This document shows, piece after piece, positions 49,440 through 56,574 of a stretch of DNA of 64,000 nucleotides. The notes beneath the pieces were generated by a model. It was given only the letters and a program-made list of their open reading frames with translations. It searched no databases and was not told where the DNA came from. Location: positions 1 through 64,000 of IMG/VR virus record IMGVR_UViG_3300035428_000130. One strand, given 5' to 3'. Positions within the stretch are counted from its first letter, which is position 1. Every line of letters starts with the position of its first letter. The DNA comes from a virus (taxonomy: Duplodnaviria > Caudoviricetes). The position numbers were made by a program, and so were the translations under genes.

Positions 49440-49523
49440 GAGAGGCAAATTCAAAGGGTTTGAACCTTCTCATATCAGCTATGTAGCTAATACTTTAACC
49501 ATTAAGATTGCTGTACGCCTCTC
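49440..49523 (-). ncRNA. ACAGCAA-module RNA B enclosing tRNA-like D, anticodon and T arms
   Basis: GAGAGGC-GT-ACAGCAA...GAAGG-TTCAAAC-CCTTT...GCCTCTC. Confidence 0.7.
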
Positions 49524-49646
49524 TATATTGTTTGGCCTATTGTGGCCTAAACCACACAATCAATTTACATTCCCTCTTTCCTTTAGATTGCCATTTCTAC
49601 CAACTTTTTAGAGACTGTTTGAATGGCGAAGTCAACTCATACCCTC

Positions 49647-49771
49647 GGTGCGACAGGTGGGACTCGAACCCACGAATGGCGGCTTGGCTTATTTTTGATC
49701 TTGCTGTTAGTGAATCTTCCCGACTCACATTTTTTTAATGGCCGCTGTCTTAGCCCCTTGACTACTGCCGC
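49647..49771 (-). ncRNA. tRNA-like RNA C, 57-nt ACAGCAA insert in place of the anticodon loop
   Basis: Acceptor GCGGCAG/CTGTCGC, anticodon stem GCGGC/GCCGC, T arm GTGGG-TTCGAGT-CCCAC. Confidence 0.8.
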
Positions 49772-49822
49772 ATAGAGGCTACCAGCTATTGCAAATCACT
49801 GATAGCATATCCCCAGCTATTA

Positions 49823-49990
49823 CCGCACTGTGGAAAACTGAGGGCAACCACCCTTCCGGCATTTTGGAATGCCAGTTGACTACCTCTGGATTCTATATCA
49901 CAGACCCAGTAACACTCCACCCTATCAGCCTTAGGTGAATAACGCTTTGTTTATCGCTTATAGCTCAGCGGACTCATTACGCCAGTGCGG
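49823..49990 (-). ncRNA. Unidentified ~168-nt multibranch structured RNA
   Basis: Closing stem CCGCACTG/CAGTGCGG and several internal stems; no convincing ORF. Confidence 0.55.
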
Positions 49991-50012
49991 GCAAGGAGAG
50001 TTCTATCCTTTC

Positions 50013-50130
50013 GGTGCCAGGGGTTGGACTCGAACCAACGACCACGGGATTACAATTCCTTGAAAAATTGCTGTTTACGCCTTTAGACAAGGCACGTTAT
50101 TACGCGCTCTACCACCTGAGCTACCCTGGC
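50013..50130 (-). ncRNA. tRNA-Thr(UGU)-like RNA D, 43-nt ACAGCAA insert in the anticodon stem
   Basis: GCCAGGG/CCCTGGC-ACC, canonical D and T arms; excising the insert gives CGGGA-ATTGTAA-TCCCG. Confidence 0.8.
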
Positions 50131-50134
50131 ATAT

Positions 50135-50250
50135 TGCGGGCAAGCAGAATCGAACTGCTAACCATCTGTCCCTCAAACATCTTTGCTGTTAGTGTCGTTA
50201 AACGACACATTTTGTTTTTACAGATGCTCTATCCATTGAGCTATACCCGC
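50135..50250 (-). ncRNA. tRNA-like RNA E, 50-nt ACAGCAA insert in place of the anticodon loop
   Basis: GCGGGTA/TGCCCGC, GCTC-AATGGATA-GAGC, TCTGT/ACAGA, AGCAG-TTCGATT-CTGCT. Confidence 0.8.
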
Positions 50251-50256
50251 ATTTTA

Positions 50257-51282
50257 TCACGCAACAAATAGAGACTCCGCAAATTTGTCCATCTCTGTGA
50301 TTAGCTTATAGCAGTTTCCATGTGAAGCATGATTTTTCCATGATAGATATTTTTCGTCAAATTTTGCTCTGGACATCTTTCCGGCCTGAACCAGTTTTGC
50401 ATTTGTGCGGAGACGCTTTTTGATTTGACGCTTATTGTCGCCTGTCAACTTACGAATCACTTTGCCATCATCCGTCAGATAGGAGTGAAAACCAAGGAAA
50501 CGAATGCCTTTTTGCATTGGTACAATCTCGGTTTTATTGTTCAGCTCCAGTTGCAAGTCTGCTAAATATGCCTTAATCTGTATTAGACATTCTTGCAAAT
50601 ACTCTTTGCTTTCGGCTAACAGGTAAAAGTCATCCATATATCTGCCGTAGTATTCACAGCCCAGATTTTCTTTAACAAAGTGATCCAGGCCGTCCAGAAA
50701 CATCAGCGCAAAGACCTGACTACATTGATTTCCAAGTGGTAATCCGCAACCCTCAGTGCTGTCAATGAATAAGTCGCAGATCCATTGGATATCTACATCA
50801 TCAAAATACTGTCTCACGCATTCTTTCATAGCTTTGTGGTCAATGCTATAAAAGAACTTTGCTATATCACATTTAAGTATATAGCCATTGCAACCATGCT
50901 TGTCATAGAAAGAAAGTAAATTTTCTGACAAGCGGTTTAGTCCGAACAAGGTTCCCTTGCCTGTTTGACCTGCGTAATTATCCAGAATAAAGACATCTTT
51001 CAGCTTAGGAAGTAACACATAATCGCACAGGCAATGTTGGAGAACCTTGTCACGAAAAGAACCTGATTTGACAACCCTTCGTTTCGGCTCAGAGACAATA
51101 AATTCAGTATACGCACCGATTTTATATGTATGGTCTATCAACTGGCGTTTCATCACGCACAAGTTTTCTAAGGCCAGCACATTGAACCTTATTGCGCTCT
51201 GTCTTTTCCCTTTGCCTTTCAGAGAAACTTTGCAGGAGTTATAAAGGTTTCCAAAATCGACTAACTTCTGAAAGTCGCTCAT
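50257..51282 (-). CDS. DGR reverse transcriptase
   Basis: EPKRR, FRDKVLQH, LKCDIAKFF, LPLGNQCSQ (SQ motif), YMDD; no maturase/endonuclease domain. Confidence 0.95.
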   Translation of the reverse strand: MSDFQKLVDFGNLYNSCKVSLKGKGKRQSAIRFNVLALENLCVMKRQLIDHTYKIGAYTEFIVSEPKRRVVKSGSFRDKVLQHCLCDYVLLPKLKDVFILDNYAGQTGKGTLFGLNRLSENLLSFYDKHGCNGYILKCDIAKFFYSIDHKAMKECVRQYFDDVDIQWICDLFIDSTEGCGLPLGNQCSQVFALMFLDGLDHFVKENLGCEYYGRYMDDFYLLAESKEYLQECLIQIKAYLADLQLELNNKTEIVPMQKGIRFLGFHSYLTDDGKVIRKLTGDNKRQIKKRLRTNAKLVQAGKMSRAKFDEKYLSWKNHASHGNCYKLITEMDKFAESLFVA

Positions 51283-51393
51283 TTGCTTTTGTATTTATCC
51301 CGCAACCAGCGAGAAAGGTTATGTACTCTTTTGATAGTGTGGCGCACTCCTTGTAACCGCCGAAGCAGTTTATAGACCTCGCTAATCCACCAG

Positions 51394-51473
51394 AACGGGC
51401 GAACGTCGTTGCTGTAATCACAGTCATTCCAGTTCAGAATGCCATTGGAGTTGACGTAGCAAACGTTACGAGC
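51394..51473 (-). repeat. DGR template repeat (TR)
   Basis: 80 nt, AAC/AAT-rich, between avd and RT. Confidence 0.93.
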
Positions 51474-51503
51474 TTCAGCACATAGCCTAAAGGAGAAGTC
51501 AAA

Positions 51504-51869
51504 TCAGGATTTTCGCCATGCGAGAGTCATGAATTTTACATCATGAGCGAGATTTGTCCAGGTTTCACCTGTAGCCGCACTGATTAGATGAGCATGGAGG
51601 CTGTATTTTGTTAGGCTGAGGAACTTGTTGCACTTTGTAATGGCGCTGGTCTGAAAATCAAACCGTTTATTCCGTTGAGATACGGTATCTGTGCGGAACG
51701 AATTTGCGTCCATCACATCACTGTGAATACCAAGCGCATACTTTTGAAGCTGATCTGCCAGACGGCGAAATTTTGTGGGATAGTGTTCCCGATTTGTTGT
51801 CAAATCGAACACACTGAAATACAGTTCTTCCGCCTTGTCGCCTATATCAAACTTGACCTCACTGCTCAA
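51504..51869 (-). CDS. avd: DGR accessory variability determinant (Avd-like four-helix bundle)
   Basis: 121 aa, YPTKFR..L...L, AN, ends AWRKS; position in the cassette. Confidence 0.8.
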   Translation of the reverse strand: MSSEVKFDIGDKAEELYFSVFDLTTNREHYPTKFRRLADQLQKYALGIHSDVMDANSFRTDTVSQRNKRFDFQTSAITKCNKFLSLTKYSLHAHLISAATGETWTNLAHDVKFMTLAWRKS

Positions 51870-51876
51870 TTGCTAC

Positions 51877-52488
51877 TCAAGAAACCAAGATTGAAGAATT
51901 CAAAATACAAAACGGGCGAACGTCGCAGCTGAAATCACAGTCACTCCAGTACAGAAGGCCACGGGAGAAGACGCAGCAAACGTCACGAGCATAGCCAGTG
52001 TCCTCGTCATGCGTCACTCTGGTCGCCGTCCACCACGGCTCATCCATAGCGGGCAGATACTCTCTGTAGCGGCGGTACAGCTCGGTTGTCAGAATCGAAA
52101 CATTGTCCTTACAGGAGATTCCCTTGCCGGTTCCGTCATCGGCAACCAGCTTGACGGTATGCTGTACGATGTTCTCAGCACCAATCGCAGCGGCCAGCTC
52201 CTTATAGAAATCGCCATTGCAGTAGGAGCGGACATCACTCTTGCGCCAGTCGCCATTGCCGCCGAAGGACATACGCTTTACAGAATCCTTGACAAGCACA
52301 GCCGTCGTTTCTGCGCCATGGCCCAGGACATAGAACTCACGACCTCCCAGCTTCGTGATCCCGCCGCACTTGATGTCGCCAAGCGTCAGCACTTTCTTCT
52401 CCGTCAGCAGAATAGATACGCTGCCATCCGCAGACTTGTTGAGCGTCACATCGACGTTCGGGATGTTGTTCTGAATATTGATGTTCAT
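51877..52488 (-). CDS. DGR target protein (DUF6273-like / C-type-lectin-like C-terminus)
   Basis: W..SDVR..CN..F, WWTAT, C-terminal VRP; carries the VR. Confidence 0.88.
   Translation of the reverse strand: MNINIQNNIPNVDVTLNKSADGSVSILLTEKKVLTLGDIKCGGITKLGGREFYVLGHGAETTAVLVKDSVKRMSFGGNGDWRKSDVRSYCNGDFYKELAAAIGAENIVQHTVKLVADDGTGKGISCKDNVSILTTELYRRYREYLPAMDEPWWTATRVTHDEDTGYARDVCCVFSRGLLYWSDCDFSCDVRPFCILNSSILVS
51911..51990 (-). repeat. DGR variable repeat (VR)
   Basis: 80 nt, 12 mismatches to the TR, all at TR adenines. Confidence 0.93.
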
Positions 52489-52519
52489 TGCGATACCTCC
52501 AAATCACATAATTAACTTC

Positions 52520-52626
52520 GGTGAGCCAGGGCGGGACTCGAACCCGCTTCTGTAGATTAAATGTCCAGTGTGTACACACCGTCGGCAGCGCTACCGATAC
52601 TGTTTTACCCATAAACTATCCCAGCC
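52520..52626 (-). ncRNA. tRNA-like RNA F with an insert between D arm and anticodon-like arm (no ACAGCAA)
   Basis: GGCTGGG/CCTGGCT, GTTT/AAAC D stem, GCGGG-TTCGAGT-CCCGC. Confidence 0.6.
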
Positions 52627-52782
52627 ATATTGGTGTTGGGTGATAGGCTTCACCACATCCCGCTTACCTATCCTTACGCCCAACTCGTACAATTGTGCGG
52701 GTCTTTCGGTGTGGATTCCGTCCGACTTTACGGATGGTACGTCTACCAGTTTTGCAAAGAAAGGAAGGACGTACATGTACGC

Positions 52783-52896
52783 TGGTGCAGAGGGGAGGAC
52801 TTGAACCTTCGACATACAGAATTCACTTTAATATTGCTGTCTGTGCCAATCTCGACACGTTTTTGTCTGTTGCTCTACCAACTGAGCTACCTCTGC
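52783..52896 (-). ncRNA. tRNA-like RNA G, 45-nt ACAGCAA insert in place of the anticodon loop; encoded CCA
   Basis: GCAGAGG/CCTCTGC-ACCA, GCTC-AGTTGGTA-GAGC, ACAGA/TCTGT. Confidence 0.8.
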
Positions 52897-52956
52897 ATCT
52901 CTGTTATAACTACCTGTTAGAATGAATATCTGCTAACCAGAAAGTTAAATCGGCTT

Positions 52957-53066
52957 TGGGGAGCTACGGAATCGAACCGTAAGCAAAAGATTTGCATTCT
53001 TTTTAAGTAACATTGCTGTTAGTGTCCGCCGATCATTACACTTTGAGCCGCCCTCCAGACGCTCCC
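52957..53066 (-). ncRNA. tRNA-like RNA H with the ACAGCAA module 5' of a GCA (Cys-like) anticodon arm
   Basis: GGGAGC/GCTCCC, AAAGA-ATGCAAA-TCTTT, TACGG-TTCGATT-CCGTA. Confidence 0.65.
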
Positions 53067-53151
53067 AGGTTGCCGCACTTACACGGCAGTAGCGGTCTTT
53101 CCCGTCGTCACGCACTCTTACTTCCGAATTGCCATATTGCCCTTATACGGC

Positions 53152-53235
53152 TGGTGCCGCTGAGGGGAGTTGAACCCCTACGCCATAAGCAGCCGAGCTT
53201 AAATCGGATGTGTCTTCCAGTTCCACCACAGCGGC
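53152..53235 (-). tRNA. tRNA-Leu(TAA)
   Basis: Full cloverleaf, loop TTTAAGC, long variable arm, ACCA end. Confidence 0.88.
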
Positions 53236-53438
53236 ATATAATCGAGCAAGGTACGGGCCATACTCCCATACAATAGGCGAACCTATTTTGTATTCGCTTC
53301 ATCTGAAATAAGCAGTTGACACAAAATGTAGGAGGTGAATAATGGAAAGAGGAAAATGGAGGTGTCATGAATCAAAACAGTTATGCTTATTACGCTCAGA
53401 TTATCGAATAGGCTTTCTCTTTGCCTACTTGCTCTTGG

Positions 53439-53528
53439 TGGCGAAGCAGACAGGACTCGAACCTGCACACCCTTTCGGGCTACTGACGGTTTAGCAAACC
53501 GTTGCCTTACCATTAGGCTTACTGCTCC
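53439..53528 (-). tRNA. tRNA-Ser(GCT)
   Basis: Full cloverleaf, ACGGT-TTGCTAA-ACCGT, long variable arm, GCCA end. Confidence 0.9.
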
Positions 53529-53536
53529 ATAAATAC

Positions 53537-53602
53537 AAGGCGCTTAAAAAAGAGTGTTCGTTTATCAGTCAAATTCTTCTTTATAATTGCTGTATGCGCC
53601 TT
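53537..53602 (-). ncRNA. ACAGCAA-module RNA I (stand-alone)
   Basis: AAGGCGC-AT-ACAGCAA ... GCGCCTT. Confidence 0.7.
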
Positions 53603-53611
53603 AATGCTGGG

Positions 53612-53812
53612 TTATAGAAGCTTTGCTTTTGATGCTGGCACAACGCCTCTTGCCTTATACCAGATCATTGTGCCATCTTCATAATGGATATCGTATGGGT
53701 AATCACGATCTGCCGGATTAACCTGCTTTACCGTTCCAAAGCCATACTTCTTGTCGTAAACTCTATCCCCAACCTTGAACTTAGGCTTGAACTCTTTTAC
53801 GGTATTCCTCAT
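53612..53812 (-). CDS. Small SH3/KOW-like beta-barrel protein
   Basis: KFKVGDRVY...GFGTV...YDIHY. Confidence 0.6.
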   Translation of the reverse strand: MRNTVKEFKPKFKVGDRVYDKKYGFGTVKQVNPADRDYPYDIHYEDGTMIWYKARGVVPASKAKLL

Positions 53813-53837
53813 ATTTTATCTCCCTTCGGATTGGAAC

Positions 53838-53894
53838 ACGGCACACCACAAATATAATTTCAAGTTATATGTAGAATGTTGCTGTTAGTGCCGT
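53838..53894 (-). ncRNA. ACAGCAA-module RNA J (stand-alone, with an anticodon-like hairpin)
   Basis: ACGGCAC-TA-ACAGCAA ... ATATAA-CTTGAAA-TTATAT ... GTGCCGT. Confidence 0.7.
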
Positions 53895-53906
53895 TGACTT
53901 CTTGGA

Positions 53907-54197
53907 TTACTCCGCAGCCTCTACACTGAGAAGCTTGGAGAAGTTGGCGATAATGGCAGCGTTATTGCTACGCTTCTTAGCCATTGTCTCGCGGGTCTGA
54001 GCCAATTCAGCGGCGTATTTGTCAATATCCGCCATTGAATCAGAGATTTGCTGATTAATCAGCTCCAGGCCAGAAATGGTACGGGTAACAAGGTCAACCG
54101 CCTCATCAGCTTCACGCTCCAGCAGAGCAATCTCTGTCTGCTTCTCTTTCAGAATGTCATGCACAGCAGGAGCAGGAGTAGGTGTGGTCTTTCTCAT
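53907..54197 (-). CDS. Coiled-coil hypothetical protein
   Basis: GGAGG RBS, coupled to the upstream gene. Confidence 0.65.
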   Translation of the reverse strand: MRKTTPTPAPAVHDILKEKQTEIALLEREADEAVDLVTRTISGLELINQQISDSMADIDKYAAELAQTRETMAKKRSNNAAIIANFSKLLSVEAAE

Positions 54198-54484
54198 ACA
54201 GCTTCCTCCTTTTCACCAGAATCTTGTGACATATCGGCATCCTGAGAAGCCTCAGCCTTTTTCTTTGCCCCGTCCTTATCCCAATCACAGTCAGAGGGCT
54301 TAATCAAAGCCAGATAACCGTCGCCATTGAGGTAGGTAGTTAGGGGGCGAACCTCACCAGGAGGTTGATTGCGTCGGCATCCCTGCTTGGCGAAGTTAAG
54401 GAACTTACAGCCATTACAGGTGTGTGCCCTCGGCACCCAGTAGTAACCGCTCTCTCGTTTCGTGTTTTGCTTTTGATCTGCCAT
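54194..54484 (-). CDS. Hypothetical protein
   Basis: CxxC motif; RBS. Confidence 0.6.
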   Translation of the reverse strand: MADQKQNTKRESGYYWVPRAHTCNGCKFLNFAKQGCRRNQPPGEVRPLTTYLNGDGYLALIKPSDCDWDKDGAKKKAEASQDADMSQDSGEKEEAV

Positions 54485-54508
54485 CTTCTACACTCCCTTA
54501 TTTATTAT

Positions 54509-54760
54509 TTAGGCCACTGCGGTCTTCTTTGGTCGTACTGGCAGTAGAAATAGAAACGGCCAAGGTTTCACGCCACCAGTATTAGGTGTATCCAATAAAG
54601 GCTTTCCACACTGGGGGCAGTATTGAAACCGCATATGGCGACCCGCACTGTCAACAAAGATATTGGTTCCTATTTCAATGTGGGCACATCCTAAGCTATC
54701 GTCAGATGTCCCAAAAGCTAAGAACTCACGACCTTTTTGACAGTATTCGCATCCACTCAA
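54509..54760 (-). CDS. Zn-ribbon hypothetical protein
   Basis: CEYC...YCPQCGKPL. Confidence 0.6.
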   Translation of the reverse strand: MSGCEYCQKGREFLAFGTSDDSLGCAHIEIGTNIFVDSAGRHMRFQYCPQCGKPLLDTPNTGGVKPWPFLFLLPVRPKKTAVA

Positions 54761-54852
54761 ATTACACCACCTCTTTTATCAATCATTATCCGTTCGGGAG
54801 TCGAACCCGCCCTCTTAAAAGTCCACCGGAACTTATTCGGACATATCTTAGA

Positions 54853-54869
54853 ATGAATTAATTAAGTTC
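54853..54869. promoter_or_regulatory. Repeated AT-rich motif, copy 7
   Basis: ATGAATTAATTAAGTTC. Confidence 0.55.
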
Positions 54870-54895
54870 TTCTGTGAACTTAAAGGCTTTCGCCT

Positions 54896-55867
54896 TTAAG
54901 CTTCCTCTTTAGAGGGAGGTGTATAGGTTGGGAAGAAATGCTCTCTGAATAAATGGTAATCATATAACCGCCGATTAGCAAGCGCTACTGTGGAATATTT
55001 CTCACCAAATATTTCTTCAATCTTTGCTACATCATTGGCTTGGATAACGCCGTATGTGCGCTCGTAGATGTATGCACGACTATATACGCCAGACCAATAA
55101 ATTTTATCGTAGTTAAATAGGTTCTTGGATTCCTCGGAGCTATTGCCAAACTGATTTATCGAAATCCTAAGACGCTGCCCTTGGTCAAATCGGTCGCACC
55201 TGGTATTTCTTAACAGCCATTCACTGGGCACATACTTTAAGGTGATAATAGCTCGCCCCAAAGATTTATACTCGGTTGCGTCACGATAATCTTTGATATA
55301 CTCCATGATTTGCGTAATCGGCCTAATTGTTTTACCAGCCGTTACAATGCAATCGTCAAGCACCTCAGACTTTTTAACTTGCATGGCTTCTTCGATTGTC
55401 AAACCGCACCAGGCCAAGTAAATCGCTGTAATCGCTGTTCCGAATATCGCATCGTCAACCCGTTCTGCGGCAATCAATGTGCTATCAATTGCATCCTGCA
55501 AGCTTGGAAAGTCTTTGAAGTATCTGCTGTCGTAGTAACCAGCAACTTTGAGATCCTTGATTGTGACGGCCTTTAGAGCTTTGACACAATCGTCAGAGAT
55601 AAGCCCCGCTGCATTGATATATTCGACATACTGCAATATCTTAGATTTCATCACAGTAAGCACCGGAATTGTCGCAACGTTTAGCCGCTCCAAAAGATTG
55701 ATATAGTCCTCCTTGCCATATCCATCTTCTAAGGTCTTTTCAAGAGCTTCTTCGGCCTTTCCAATCCGTTTCCAAATATCTTCAAAGGTTCGGATCGACA
55801 ATTCCGTGAATCTATAGTCGCTCACATAGGATTCTATAAACTGGCGACGGTAACTACTGTTATCCAC
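54896..55867 (-). CDS. Tyrosine-recombinase-fold protein, MrpR (SPbeta YopR)-like repressor candidate
   Basis: 323 aa; box-I-like LAWCGLTIEE lacks the catalytic Arg; own promoter; near the immunity region. Confidence 0.6.
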   Translation of the reverse strand: MDNSSYRRQFIESYVSDYRFTELSIRTFEDIWKRIGKAEEALEKTLEDGYGKEDYINLLERLNVATIPVLTVMKSKILQYVEYINAAGLISDDCVKALKAVTIKDLKVAGYYDSRYFKDFPSLQDAIDSTLIAAERVDDAIFGTAITAIYLAWCGLTIEEAMQVKKSEVLDDCIVTAGKTIRPITQIMEYIKDYRDATEYKSLGRAIITLKYVPSEWLLRNTRCDRFDQGQRLRISINQFGNSSEESKNLFNYDKIYWSGVYSRAYIYERTYGVIQANDVAKIEEIFGEKYSTVALANRRLYDYHLFREHFFPTYTPPSKEEA

Positions 55868-55921
55868 GTCCCACCCTCCTATTCACTTGCGAAGTTGTTT
55901 AATTAAATCCTTGTTGAGTAT

Positions 55922-55950
55922 AATATAGCACATGAGAGCCGACTTGTCAA
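55922..55950 (-). promoter_or_regulatory. SigA-type promoter of the MrpR-like gene
   Basis: TTGACA-17 bp-TATATT with extended TG. Confidence 0.7.
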
Positions 55951-55980
55951 TAGGGTTTAATTAATTTGTTTCAACTTTTT

Positions 55981-56412
55981 TTACCCACCCTTCCAAGCCG
56001 CATACGCCTCAGCATAATACGAACAAAGTCCAACTTCAACTCCGCTTCCGTTTACAAAGAAAACGTCCAAAATCGCTTTGATCTCTGCTGCGTCCAAGAC
56101 CAGGAATACCCGGCCATCTACACGATCCCCGTCCGTAGTGTTAATGTGCAAGTAAGCCGTTGTATGTACAACTTTTTTCTGTACATTGAAAAACACTTCG
56201 GCGGAAAGGTTCTGCACCATCTGATCGTAGCGCCATACTCCATAGTCCAGGCCACAGCCCTTTTGGAGCAAGATAAGGTTTTGCGCCTCCACGCAAATAT
56301 CGCCCCACAGCTCTCCAGTATAGGGCAAGACAATCCGACGAGAATCGGTGCTCACCATTCCAAAATCGGCGGGCGTAACACTTCTCTGCTCACAACCGTT
56401 TCTTACATTCAT
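55981..56412 (-). CDS. Hypothetical protein
   Basis: First ORF after the leftward switch promoter; no motif recognised. Confidence 0.4.
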   Translation of the reverse strand: MNVRNGCEQRSVTPADFGMVSTDSRRIVLPYTGELWGDICVEAQNLILLQKGCGLDYGVWRYDQMVQNLSAEVFFNVQKKVVHTTAYLHINTTDGDRVDGRVFLVLDAAEIKAILDVFFVNGSGVEVGLCSYYAEAYAAWKGG

Positions 56413-56440
56413 GATTTCACATTTACCCCCGTTTTTTTAG

Positions 56441-56558
56441 TTGACATTCGAGAAAATATGGGCTATAATTGGTAAGCAACGATAATATTTTATCGGGCAG
56501 GCTTCAATATAGCAGAAAATATTATCGCTGTCAAGAGGCAATCGGGAAAATTTTATCT
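56441..56558. promoter_or_regulatory. Face-to-face promoters with palindromic operators (genetic switch)
   Basis: + TTGACA(56441)-17-TATAAT; - TTGACA(56534)-17-TATATT; CGATAATATTTTATCG at 56480-56495 with variants at 56512-56527 and 56543-56558. Confidence 0.75.
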
Positions 56559-56574
56559 TTATGTGAGGTGCCTT

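Larger units (their letters stand above)
50257..52488 (-). mobile_element. Diversity-generating retroelement (target-avd-TR-RT)
   Basis: RT + Avd + TR/VR pair differing only at TR adenines. Confidence 0.95.

Noticed and set aside
50257-51282. Group II intron or retron RT
   Set aside because: The SQ motif, absence of a maturase domain, and presence of Avd and an A-specific TR/VR pair identify a DGR.
51409-51415. A tenth ACAGCAA, inside the DGR TR
   Set aside because: It is explained by TR codons TAC AGC AAC, and there is no preceding paired helix like the other nine, so it is treated as coincidence.
49364-53894. CRISPR-like repeat-spacer array
   Set aside because: The conserved core is only 7 nt, spacing is irregular, and there is no cas operon. 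The Cas4-like nuclease at 19646 sits in the recombination module.
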